64,000 nucleotides of DNA from an uncultured Fibrobacterota bacterium (lineage in GTDB: Bacteria; Fibrobacterota; Chitinivibrionia; Chitinivibrionales; FEN-1185): NCBI GenBank assembly GCA_963729895.1, contig CAVSQB010000019.1, positions 32,001 to 96,000 on the forward strand, read 5' to 3'. The position numbers and the translations under genes are program-made. The notes beneath the pieces were generated by a model that saw nothing but the letters and a program-made list of their open reading frames with translations, was not told where the DNA came from and made no database searches. Shown piece after piece: positions 1-8,972 of the stretch (its first letter is position 1; the number at the start of each line of letters is the position of its first letter).

Positions 1-183
1 GATTATGAGGCCGAATCCTAGGGCGCCCCCAACGTAGGCCCAGATGGGCAACGGCTTTGTCTGATACGTAAACAGAAGCGCGGACACCGGAACTCTGAAT
101 TGCGGCTGGGAAAACGTGACGATGATGACGAACGCGACGGCGAACGAGATGAGAAAAACAGCCGTCCATTTGAGGAGGATCAT
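1..183 (-). CDS. Partial small membrane protein, LapA/DUF1049-like (runs off the window start)
   Basis: ATG at 183 overlaps the miaB stop (ATGA). Manual translation MILLKWTAVFLISFAVAFVIIVTFSQPQFRVPVSALLFTYQTKPLPIWAYVGGALGFGLII shows two hydrophobic segments. Confidence 0.55.
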   Translation of the reverse strand, partial: MILLKWTAVFLISFAVAFVIIVTFSQPQFRVPVSALLFTYQTKPLPIWAYVGGALGFGLII

Positions 184-1454
184 GGTGATGGCCTTTCGCA
201 GATGAGCGTCATCCCGGTGCTCTTTGTCGCCCGCAGTGGTAAAATCGTTCCTGGCCTGCAGTCTTTGCAAGCAGCAAGGACCTTTTTGCACCCCATGTCG
301 GTACCCATCCAGAGCCCGCCTTCTTTATCCTGCTTTCCGCAGATCAATACCAGAAGATCCTTGCCGAGCATGGCAGCGTAATGGCTCTTGGTGATTCCTG
401 TCTGTAATTCAATGAGACGGCGCAGACGCTCCTGCTTTAGCGGTGCGGGAACATCATCGGCCATTGAGGCGGCAGCCGTGTTGTCGCGTCTCGAATAGGC
501 GAACATGAACGCCGCGGTAAACCGCACGGCCTCAAACAAAGACAGGGTATCTTCGAAGTCCTGGGCCGATTCGGTGGGAAAGCCGACCATTGCATCGGTG
601 GTGATATCGGCGTCGGGCAGGTGCCGGCGGATCATGTCGATGCCGCGAAGATACTGTTCGCGGGTGTATGCGCGGTTCATGAGCCCGAGCACGCGGGTGG
701 AACCCGACTGAACGGGCAGATGAATATGCCTGCAGACCTTGGGGAGCTCGGCCATGGTGCGAATGAGTTCCTCCGAACAGTCTTTTGGATGGCTCGTGGT
801 AAAACGGATCCTTGCCAGTCCTTCCACGGCGTGCACACGCCGCAGCAGCGCGGGGAACATGGTGGCGCCGTCACGGTACGAGTTGACATTCTGGCCCAAC
901 AGGGTCACTTCGCGAGCGCCTTTGTCAACAAAGGATTTGACCGTGGCTTCCACGTCGGCCGCGGGCAGGGAAACCTCGGGCCCGCGCACCAGCGGCACCA
1001 CGCAGTAGGCGCAGTAATTGTCGCACCCGCGCGCGACGGGTACAAATCGGCTCACGCGATTGTCGGACACGTCCGTTTCCACGCCAGGGCCGGGATCGTC
1101 CAGCACACGGTCGATACCTTTGACAAACGAGTCGACCGCACGCGCGCCGATCACGAGGTCGATCCCGTCTATGTCGCGTTTGAGCGAGTCGCCGAGGCGC
1201 TGGGCCATGCAGCCCGTCACCCAGATCCGGCGGCGCGTGTTGCGACGTCTCTTGTGGGCCGCGAGTTCGGCAATTCGCGCCAGGGCGCGCTTTTCCGCCC
1301 GCTCGCGCACGCTGCAGGTATTGACCACGATGATGTCGGCCGTATCCGGACTTTCTGATTGTGTAAAGCCACGCGCCGCGAGGGCCGCAGCCAGGGCGTC
1401 GGAGTCGGCCACGTTCATCTGGCAGCCGAAGGTTTCGAAGAACATCGAAGGCAT
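180..1454 (-). CDS. miaB: tRNA-2-methylthio-N6-dimethylallyladenosine synthase (radical SAM methylthiotransferase)
   Basis: TFGCQMN, NTCSVRE, GCMAQ, GCDNYCAYCVVP (CxxxCxxC), LLGQNVNSY and HLPVQSGS motifs. Confidence 0.93.
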   Translation of the reverse strand: MPSMFFETFGCQMNVADSDALAAALAARGFTQSESPDTADIIVVNTCSVRERAEKRALARIAELAAHKRRRNTRRRIWVTGCMAQRLGDSLKRDIDGIDLVIGARAVDSFVKGIDRVLDDPGPGVETDVSDNRVSRFVPVARGCDNYCAYCVVPLVRGPEVSLPAADVEATVKSFVDKGAREVTLLGQNVNSYRDGATMFPALLRRVHAVEGLARIRFTTSHPKDCSEELIRTMAELPKVCRHIHLPVQSGSTRVLGLMNRAYTREQYLRGIDMIRRHLPDADITTDAMVGFPTESAQDFEDTLSLFEAVRFTAAFMFAYSRRDNTAAASMADDVPAPLKQERLRRLIELQTGITKSHYAAMLGKDLLVLICGKQDKEGGLWMGTDMGCKKVLAACKDCRPGTILPLRATKSTGMTLICERPSP

Positions 1455-1456
1455 GG

Positions 1457-1954
1457 TTACAGCAGGTGTTTCACAAAATGGTATCCGTACAAAATCGCCA
1501 GCATGCTCACATTCGTGAGCACACCCGCGGCCACATCGTCCATGGTAATGCCCAGGCCGCCTTCGAGCGATTCCATGTTATGTACGGGAAACGGTTTCAC
1601 AATGTCGAAGAATCGAAAAAGGAAGAACCCGAGGATCAGCGTCTTGATGGAAAGCGGGATAAACAGGAATGAGATGAACTGGCCCGCCACTTCATCAATT
1701 ATCACCTCACTCGGATCATCTTCGCCGAATATCTCTTTCGGCCTCGACGCCACAAGGACGGAGAACGCAGTGGCAGCCAGGCCCACGCCCCACCACCAGA
1801 GCGTGCTCACGGGCATATGGACGCGGTACACGAACCAGTACAAAGCGCCCACGGTGACGGCAGATCCGAAGGTGCCGGAAGCCAGGGGAATGTACCCGAG
1901 AAAGAAGACCGTTGCCAGAACACGCTGGATGAACGTGATGACGGGGTTTTTCAT
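1457..1954 (-). CDS. pgpA: Phosphatidylglycerophosphatase A
   Basis: GTFGS, DPSEVIIDEVAG, LFRFFDIVKPFP and GITMDDVAAG motifs; start taken at MKNPV. Confidence 0.92.
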   Translation of the reverse strand: MKNPVITFIQRVLATVFFLGYIPLASGTFGSAVTVGALYWFVYRVHMPVSTLWWWGVGLAATAFSVLVASRPKEIFGEDDPSEVIIDEVAGQFISFLFIPLSIKTLILGFFLFRFFDIVKPFPVHNMESLEGGLGITMDDVAAGVLTNVSMLAILYGYHFVKHLL

Positions 1955-2003
1955 AGGGCCTTTCGTGCGAGGTGAACTCGCAAATGATTCAAGACAGGGA
2001 AGT

Positions 2004-2615
2004 TTATTTTTCCTTGTCCCCATAACTTATTTCCACCCTCTCGTGCAGCGCCTGGTTGAGGGTGATCTGGTCGACGTATTCGAGCTCGGTACCTGCAGGC
2101 ATGCCGCGCGCGAGCAGCGTGATCTTGAGGCGCATGCCGGAGAAGATGCGCGCAAGATACAGGCACGTGGTCTCCGCCTCTGCGCTCGCTCCCAGGCCCA
2201 GGATGAGTTCCTTCACGTCTCCCCCCGCAAGTCTGGATCTGAGTGTTTCGATGCGAAGTTTGTCTGCGGTGATCCCGTTGATGGGCGACAGCACGCCGCC
2301 GAGCACGTGATACAGTCCGCGAAACATGCCGGTCTTTTCGAACACGAGCACGTCCTGAGGTTTTTCCACGACGCACACGACGCTCCGGTCTCGCGACGGC
2401 GACGCACACACCTCGCAGAGGTCGGCCGTGCCGTAGTTGAAACATTGTTTGCAGACCACAATCTGCGACTTGATGGATGCGATGCACCGCGACAGGTTGT
2501 CGAGTTCCTCCTGCGGCCGATCGAGCAGGTACAGCGCGAGCCGGAGCGCCGTTTTCCTGCCGATGGTGGGCAATTGACAAAGCGCGTCAACGAGATTTTC
2601 GAGCGGTTCGATCAT
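2004..2615 (-). CDS. recR: Recombination mediator RecR
   Basis: LPTIGRKTALRLA HhH, C4 zinc finger, YHVLGGVLSP Toprim; dnaX-ybaB-recR order. Confidence 0.95.
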   Translation of the reverse strand: MIEPLENLVDALCQLPTIGRKTALRLALYLLDRPQEELDNLSRCIASIKSQIVVCKQCFNYGTADLCEVCASPSRDRSVVCVVEKPQDVLVFEKTGMFRGLYHVLGGVLSPINGITADKLRIETLRSRLAGGDVKELILGLGASAEAETTCLYLARIFSGMRLKITLLARGMPAGTELEYVDQITLNQALHERVEISYGDKEK

Positions 2616-2648
2616 AGCGTGCAAGCCTTGCCATACAGGAAAAAATGG

Positions 2649-2747
2649 TCACCACAGAGACACGGAGGACACGGAGAAAATAAGAGAGGTATACCCATAG
2701 TTTGTCTTTGGATTCTTTTCTCTGTGCTCTCCGCGTCTCCGTGGTGA
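2649..2747. repeat. Imperfect palindromic intergenic repeat (TCACCACAGAGACACGGAGGACACGGAG ... CTCTGTGCTCTCCGCGTCTCCGTGGTGA)
   Basis: Inverted arms of about 28 bp around an AT-rich spacer between ybaB and recR; a related half copy lies at 60690-60720. Confidence 0.75.
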
Positions 2748-2759
2748 ATCCTGGTCATT

Positions 2760-3083
2760 TTATGGTGTCAGCCCCAGCGCGCCGAGATCCATGCCGGAGG
2801 TAAGTCCGCCCATCGCAGCATTGGACTGCTCCTTCACTTTCTCCTGCGCATTCTTGAAAGCGGCGAGAACAAGGTCTTCGAGCATTTCCACGTCGTCGGG
2901 AACGACGACCTCCGGGTTGATCGAGATCCCGGTGCAGTCGCCCCCCCCGTTCAAGGTAACCTTGACCATGTTGCCGCCCGCCGTACCTTCAAACGTCTTC
3001 TTGGTGAGCTCGTTTTGCGCCTGCACCATCTGCGACTGGAGACGCTGGGCCTGTTTGAGCAGCTTGTTGATGTTCTTGGACAC
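2760..3083 (-). CDS. ybaB: YbaB/EbfC nucleoid-associated protein
   Basis: LLKQAQRLQ, GTAGGNMVKVTLNG and DVEMLEDLVLAA; lies between dnaX and recR. Confidence 0.93.
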   Translation of the reverse strand: MSKNINKLLKQAQRLQSQMVQAQNELTKKTFEGTAGGNMVKVTLNGGGDCTGISINPEVVVPDDVEMLEDLVLAAFKNAQEKVKEQSNAAMGGLTSGMDLGALGLTP

Positions 3084-3101
3084 GGTCTTCCCCTTTCGCC
3101 G

Positions 3102-4826
3102 TTACAGTACCGAACCGTCGAATATGTCAAGTACACTCTTTATGATCGGCTCGTGGCCGATTTCATCATTGATGGACAAGGTTGTTTTCCCTTGGGGCGC
3201 GGGCTGTATGGACGAGGCCGGCTCGCCTGCAGCCTCCAGGGTGATATGCAATTCCACGGCCGCCTGATTGAATTCGTTGAGCTTTTTCTGAATGTCGTCG
3301 CGGTTCTTTTTCTTTATCACCTCGTTGAATTGAAAGCGGAACGCCTTGGGAAACCGGAGCTCTATCGAAGCGGCAGTCGACGACACGACGTGTGCGGCAG
3401 ACAAATGGTAGCCGAACGTGGGCCGGTCCTGCACCAGAAGCTCCAGAAAGTGCGGCCATCGCGTCCCTAGATCGAGGGCAGGAGCGCTCGCGGCTGGTGC
3501 AGGCGCCTTGTCCCCGATGACCACACTCGCATCAGGCGTCTCTCCGCCCGACGCGATGTCGTCAATGTCACCCCTCGCCGGCAGAGGAGCCGCTGCACCT
3601 GCCGACGCAGTCAGTGGTTCAGTTTTTTTTTTAGGAAGCGGCTCAACAGGCCGGGCAGGCGTTGCGGCCAGCGCGTCCGTGCTGGCTGCATGCGAAGGGC
3701 CCAATGCCTCCAAAACGGCGGAAAGCGCGATAGTATCGTCGAGATGCACGAGCTTAAGCAGCAGGAGTTCCACAAGGAACCGGGGAAAGCCGCTGAACCT
3801 GAGGTCGCGTTCGGTTGTGCGGACAAGCTCGGCCATGCGAAGAAGCGTCTCCTCGGAAAACGCCGATGCTCGCTTTGCAAATGCGCCTGATGCGTCTGCG
3901 GGCAGATCGATGTGGGGATTGTTCATGACGGCGGGGATGCGGCAGAACAGAAGCGTCCGCAGATGGTCTTCGAGCCCGAGCACAAACTCGTGCAAGTCGA
4001 ACCCGCGCGACAGAATGTCCTCCACCGCGACAAGCACGGGCCGGGGATCTTTGTCCTGCACCGCCTTCATGATGGTGTCGTACATTTCGATGTCGATGAT
4101 GCCGAGCACGTTGCGCACCACGGTTTCGTCGATTTTGCCTTGTGCATAGGAATACACCTGGTCCAGAAGGCTGAGCGCGTCGCGCATGCTTCCTTCCGCC
4201 TTGCGCCCCACCAGCAGGAGCGCGGTCTTGTCGAACGCTATTTGCTCCGACGTGCAGATGTACGCGAGCCGCGCGGTTATCTGGTCCGTGGATATCCTCC
4301 TGAAATCGAAACGCTGGCAGCGCGAATGGATGGTGGCTGGAATCTTCTGCGGCTCGGTGGTGGCAAAAATGAAGATCACGTTTTTGGGCGGCTCTTCGAG
4401 GGTCTTTAGCAGCGCGTTGAACGCCGATTTTGAAAGCATGTGCACTTCGTCAATCACGTAGATGCGGTATTTGCCGCCCATCGACGAATACCGGACATTA
4501 TCGCGAATCTCCCGGATGTCCTCAACCGAGTTGTTTGACGCGCCGTCTATTTCGAGCACGTCGAAGCTGGACCCGCCCATGATGTTCCTGCAGGGCTCAC
4601 ATACCCCGCACGGGTTCGGGGTCGGGCCCTTGTCGCAGTTGAGCGCGCGTGCAAGAATGCGGGCAGTGGTGGTTTTCCCCACGCCGCGGGTCCCGGTGAA
4701 AATATAGGCGTGTGCGACGCGGTCTTTTTCAATCGCCTTCTTGAGCGTTTCGGTGATATGCTCCTGACCCACGACATCGTCGAAGGTGAGCGGGCGCCAT
4801 TTGCGGGCAAAGACGAGATAGCTCAT
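3102..4826 (-). CDS. dnaX: DNA polymerase III subunit gamma/tau
   Basis: ARKWRP, GTRGVGKTT Walker A, IDEVHML, FNALLKTLEEPP and SRCQRF. Confidence 0.97.
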   Translation of the reverse strand: MSYLVFARKWRPLTFDDVVGQEHITETLKKAIEKDRVAHAYIFTGTRGVGKTTTARILARALNCDKGPTPNPCGVCEPCRNIMGGSSFDVLEIDGASNNSVEDIREIRDNVRYSSMGGKYRIYVIDEVHMLSKSAFNALLKTLEEPPKNVIFIFATTEPQKIPATIHSRCQRFDFRRISTDQITARLAYICTSEQIAFDKTALLLVGRKAEGSMRDALSLLDQVYSYAQGKIDETVVRNVLGIIDIEMYDTIMKAVQDKDPRPVLVAVEDILSRGFDLHEFVLGLEDHLRTLLFCRIPAVMNNPHIDLPADASGAFAKRASAFSEETLLRMAELVRTTERDLRFSGFPRFLVELLLLKLVHLDDTIALSAVLEALGPSHAASTDALAATPARPVEPLPKKKTEPLTASAGAAAPLPARGDIDDIASGGETPDASVVIGDKAPAPAASAPALDLGTRWPHFLELLVQDRPTFGYHLSAAHVVSSTAASIELRFPKAFRFQFNEVIKKKNRDDIQKKLNEFNQAAVELHITLEAAGEPASSIQPAPQGKTTLSINDEIGHEPIIKSVLDIFDGSVL

Positions 4827-5170
4827 AATGATTTACGATTTTAGAATGTAAATTGACGATTTAAGATACACGTGATTCCCGGATCATCTTCGATCCAAGA
4901 ATTTTGATTGACGATTTGGAAGACAAACTATTCCAGATAAAACCAGATTCCAGATCGCAGATCGAAGATTGGTTGAAAATAGGTTATTTCCGATATCCTA
5001 TTGACCGATATGCTAAGAAAAATTCTTGTCCTTCATTTGCTTTCGGACTGCACTACTTGACGACACTGTCATCGCGAGAATCCGGTTTGCTTTGTCAGCC
5101 AAGTGGGCCGCTCTCTTGCTCTGATGGTGAAAATAACTTAACAAATCTACATTCTACAATCAAAAAAAAC

Positions 5171-5270
5171 GGGGCCAAGTTTACCTGCGGCACACTCAGT
5201 ATCCGTTTACCGTTGCTCCCTTCCGGGCCTGGCGGGGTTCACAGACTGTCGTTGCGCAGGGCCTGACCCC
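5171..5270 (-). ncRNA. ffs: Signal recognition particle (4.5S) RNA
   Basis: Reverse complement GGGGTCAGG...GAACCCCGCCAGGCCCGGAAGGGAGCAACGG...CTTGGCCCC has the SRP domain IV motif, paired ends and a following U tract; upstream of dnaX as in many bacteria. Confidence 0.93.
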
Positions 5271-5354
5271 AAAGAAATACGGCGGGTACAAAAATAGCTT
5301 TTTGCGCGGGGAATGGGAACAGGGATCGAGTAAAAATGTTCCATCGCCGAACGC

Positions 5355-5397
5355 AAAAAAAAAACGGATCCTTTGCCCGGGCGGCAAAGGATCCGTT
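5355..5397 (-). terminator. Rho-independent terminator after the OmpA-family gene
   Basis: AACGGATCCTTTGCC/GGCAAAGGATCCGTT stem followed on the minus strand by a T run. Confidence 0.85.
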
Positions 5398-5420
5398 CCA
5401 CACGGTGGGCAGGAAGGCAG

Positions 5421-6407
5421 TTACTTTACGTCAATAACCACCAGATCAACCCGCCGGTTTTTTGCCCTGCCTTCTTTGGTGCTGTTTGTCGCTATGGGCC
5501 GCTTGAAACCGTATCCTACCGACGAAAGCCTGGTGTCGGGGATGCCCTGTGCAACAAGGAAGTCGCGGACATTCTTGGCCCTTCGTGTCGACAGATCCTT
5601 GTTGTAAGCCTCGGTCCCGATGTTGTCGGTGTGGCCCTCGACCACGACGCGGCACTTGGTGTAGACCATCAGGATGCCCGCGATCTTTGCGAGGCTGGTT
5701 TTGAGATCGGCCGTTAAATCCGCTTTGTCAAAGCCGAACAGAATGTCGGACACGGAAATAATGGTGCCGCGCGCGTCCTTTCTCACCTTGATCAATTCGC
5801 TCTGCAGCGACATGAACCGCTGCTCGGCCTCTTCGCGAAGCTTCCTGGTTTTTTCATTTTCCTCATCAAGCTTGGCCCGGAGGTCCGATGCCTTGTCTCT
5901 CTCGATACCTGCTATCTTTTCGTTGATCTGGTTGAGCTCGGCGTGTATTGAATCCCGGCTGGCCATAATATGAGAAAGTTCATTTTCCAGGTCGTTCTGC
6001 TGGAGCTGGAGCATCGCGGCCTCGGCGGACAACGAGCATGCCTTGAACATGTCCTTGGCCCTTTTCTCTTTGGTGGCATTGAAACCCATCCATTCGAGCA
6101 ACCCTTTATTCGGCTGTCCGCTCGGGAAGGTCTGGAGCACGTATTGGTACGCAACTTCAATCCTGGCAAGTGCGTAAACGTAAAGGTCGATATCGCTGGG
6201 CTTACTGCCGCCCCGCTGCTGATAGGCGTCCTTCAATTCCGTCTTGAGCTCCAGAAGAGCGTTTGTCATGGCCGCAGGCCCGCGTGTAGCGCTGAGCGTG
6301 TCGGTTGCCGGGGAAGGCGCAGGCGCCGGTCTGGAAGACGAATCCGCAGCCGCCGCTGCGGACAGGACCGCAATAAGCAAAGCGATGGGAAGGATAATCC
6401 GTTTCAT
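5421..6407 (-). CDS. OmpA-family peptidoglycan-binding protein with coiled-coil N-terminus
   Basis: Signal peptide; ILFGFDKA, VEGHTDNIG, NKDLSTRRA and GRAKNRRV. Confidence 0.9.
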   Translation of the reverse strand: MKRIILPIALLIAVLSAAAAADSSSRPAPAPSPATDTLSATRGPAAMTNALLELKTELKDAYQQRGGSKPSDIDLYVYALARIEVAYQYVLQTFPSGQPNKGLLEWMGFNATKEKRAKDMFKACSLSAEAAMLQLQQNDLENELSHIMASRDSIHAELNQINEKIAGIERDKASDLRAKLDEENEKTRKLREEAEQRFMSLQSELIKVRKDARGTIISVSDILFGFDKADLTADLKTSLAKIAGILMVYTKCRVVVEGHTDNIGTEAYNKDLSTRRAKNVRDFLVAQGIPDTRLSSVGYGFKRPIATNSTKEGRAKNRRVDLVVIDVK

Positions 6408-6805
6408 TTCTTGGGTTCTCCCTTCAGCTCATCGAGGACTTTCTTGTACGTTGCCAACTGATCTTGATCGTCGCTCAGTCTTTGCCGTGCACTCTCCACA
6501 ACCCGTTCGGTTTTTGCGAGCTCAATTCTCGATAATGCCAATCGGTAATAGATGATCGCCTCATCCAATGCCGTGAACGCATCTTCCCTTTGATTGGCCT
6601 GCTGCCTGATAGTGGCCACCGACACGAGGGAGTCCGCACGGGAAATTTCGGCCGACTTGAAGTTGTTCTGATCGCAAAAACCTTTTAATGTGGTAGCTTC
6701 GGTCATCGCCGCTCTCAGAAGCATGTTGTAGCCCGTGTCATCACAACCCGTTACGCACAGAAGTAATACCGCCATAACGATACCGGCAAACAATTTCTTC
6801 TTCAT
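6404..6805 (-). CDS. Small helical lipoprotein coupled to the OmpA-family gene
   Basis: MKKK-hydrophobic-VTGC lipobox, GAGG RBS, ATGA overlap with the next gene. Confidence 0.75.
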   Translation of the reverse strand: MKKKLFAGIVMAVLLLCVTGCDDTGYNMLLRAAMTEATTLKGFCDQNNFKSAEISRADSLVSVATIRQQANQREDAFTALDEAIIYYRLALSRIELAKTERVVESARQRLSDDQDQLATYKKVLDELKGEPKK

Positions 6806-6838
6806 AAGCAACCTCGCCCGGTTAAAGTGATCCAAAAA

Positions 6839-6867
6839 AATATAATTAGGTTACTGTCGCAATGCAA
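6839..6867 (-). promoter_or_regulatory. Putative sigma70 promoter (TTGCAT-17-TATATT)
   Basis: Hexamers with 17-nt spacing about 35 nt upstream of the lipoprotein start. Confidence 0.5.
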
Positions 6868-6953
6868 AGTAATTATTTGGCGTGGAGCATCAACAGGCAA
6901 GGGATTATTGGCAGATCAAGCTTCGGCTCCGCCTTTGCCCGCCGGCAGGCAGG

Positions 6954-8678
6954 TTATTTCCAATACGTAAACCGCAGGAATGACGTCCGGCCATTCCCGG
7001 GCGCGTTGACGAATTTAACCAAGTAAACACCGCCGGACAATTTGCTCACGTCGATCCGTGTCTGGTTGGCCCCAAACGTTTTCTGAACGCGCAGAACCCC
7101 TTTCGAATCGTATACGAACGCCGTGCCGGCCTCATAAATAGTAAGTACCCCCTTGCCGGTGACGAGGCAAGGCGTAGTTTCAGGGTTTGGCATTTGTGCT
7201 TGGGCATGAACTGCGGCCACGTTGTTTGCGAGGATCACGCACCCTGAAGCAGGAACAGAGACCTGCGAACTTACGGGAGTAAAGGTGATTGATTGCTGTA
7301 CGGTGGCTCCGCTGTTTGAAATATTCCCCCCGCCGCTTGCGCCGACGACGTTCTAGGTCCCGCCGCCAGGCGTATAGTTCATCGCGGTCCCGGATGTATT
7401 GCACAGAACCATTCCATTCTGATAGTCCCTTTTAAACAGCGACGCGGAACCTGAACCTGCCACTCGCAGGCTATCTATGACCGCCGGGACAGGGCTTTGG
7501 TCGCCAAGGGTGATTTCATATTCCGGGAACCAGCTTGGGCCGCCTTGAGGAAGAATATTGATGAAACTGTTTTCATTTTTCACGAGCATGTACATGCCGG
7601 TGCGCCGGTATCTTTCGGCCTGCGTTGAGTCGTAGAACTGCGCAATCAGGATTTTCCCCCTGCCGGTGAGGTGCTTGACCGCCCGCGAGAGGGTAAGATA
7701 CATGTCGGACCCTGTGGCGTTGCCGAAACTCTCCATCATCGCGCCATCAATCGTTTCTCCGTTTACGTTTCCTTCCATCCAGCGTACCAGCCGGTGGTCA
7801 TCTGATCGACGTTGGGAATAATGAGATAATCGACGGACGGCGCATGGAATCTTTTGTAAATAGCCTGCCAATATCCAAGGTACTGGGCGTTCATCCAGAC
7901 GGAAAAGTCGCCGAGTGTGGCGACGGTGTAGCCCGCGGGCCCGTACGGGCTGAGGTACCAGTTGAAGTTGTGCGGCCGCCGGATCGCCCGCGGCAGGGTT
8001 GTACAGGCCGGGGACCATTGTCTCGACGCACACATCGAAAAAACATCCTTCATTCTGCTCGCCTGTCATCCAGTTGATTGTTTCGTCGGCAACATATTTT
8101 TGCCAGTCAGCATTTTCCAGACACATGGTCCATTGCGGATCGGTGTGCCAGACTCTGTTGTTCGGGTCCACCGAAGTGTAATGCTGGAACATCTGTTCGA
8201 ACCGTGAGCTGCCTTGCGTTATGCCGGAGGCCGCGAGCCACGGCGTAAAACAACTGTCCCATTCCGACACCCACCCTTTAGGCGTGCATGAGGTGATGGG
8301 TGTGGTCCCGTGCGGCAGAGGGCAATCATTATCGTTCTGGGGATTTATCCCGTTGGAAAGATGATAAATCACGCAGAGAAAATTGGGATTATATGCACGG
8401 TAATCGGCGACCTGGGAAGCAGCCATCTTCTGGCTCGCCACATAGTTCTGTGCAATAAACCGGACTTTTCCTGCAGGCTGACCGGTCAACTCGTCGGCCC
8501 ACACAAGATTATAGTCCCGGGAAGAAGGCACGTAACGATTCGCCGGCAGGTTCATGCCGGATGTAATGGGGGACACTACCGTGCCCCCGGGAGGCCAGGA
8601 TTGCACCTGGGAAAAAGAAGGAGCGCCCGAGGAACTTATCATTACAAGTGCGCATGCCAGAACTGCAATTGTCTTCAT
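6954..8678 (-). pseudogene. Disrupted secreted putative glycoside hydrolase with a C-terminal sorting-like domain
   Basis: Signal peptide at 8678. Protein-like reading switches frame near 7976 (PHNFNWYLSPYG...MTTGWY) and back near 7782. An in-frame TAG at 7353-7355 is followed by open frame into ORF 6954-7238 (IDVSKLSGGVYLVKF). Confidence 0.7.
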
Positions 8679-8911
8679 GAAGAGCACGTCCTTTCTTTTG
8701 AAGCGGTTTTGACGGGCCACAGAAGCACATGCTTCAGCCGACGCAGTTCCAGAGCCGAAGGAAATTTTTGGTGTCGGCAGGGTTCCGCCGGACGCCGGCT
8801 CCTCGTATCGGAATATAGCGCTTTCAGGACATTCTGTCAACCGCAGTAATGCGGGATCGCACTCACGGCCCCGGCGGAACGCGAAGAAGGTGTTCTTTTC
8901 AAGCGACAACG

Positions 8912-8947
8912 AAAAAAAGCCTCTTTTCAATCAAGAAAAGAGGCTTT
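8912..8947 (-). terminator. Rho-independent terminator after the giant TPR gene
   Basis: AAAGCCTCTTTTC/GAAAAGAGGCTTT stem plus T7 on the minus strand. Confidence 0.8.
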
Positions 8948-8972
8948 GCAGACCGATCTCGTTCAACAGGAA

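Noticed and set aside
1359..2747. 462-aa plus-strand ORF
   Set aside because: Antisense to pgpA and recR, which have clear motifs.
4904..5266. 120-aa ORF upstream of dnaX
   Set aside because: Runs antisense through the SRP RNA, TTG start, no motif support.
7353..7355. Amber recoding (pyrrolysine or readthrough)
   Set aside because: TAG ends several ordinary genes here (e.g. 22008, 28602, 47383), the same gene also has frameshifts, and no pyl machinery is seen.
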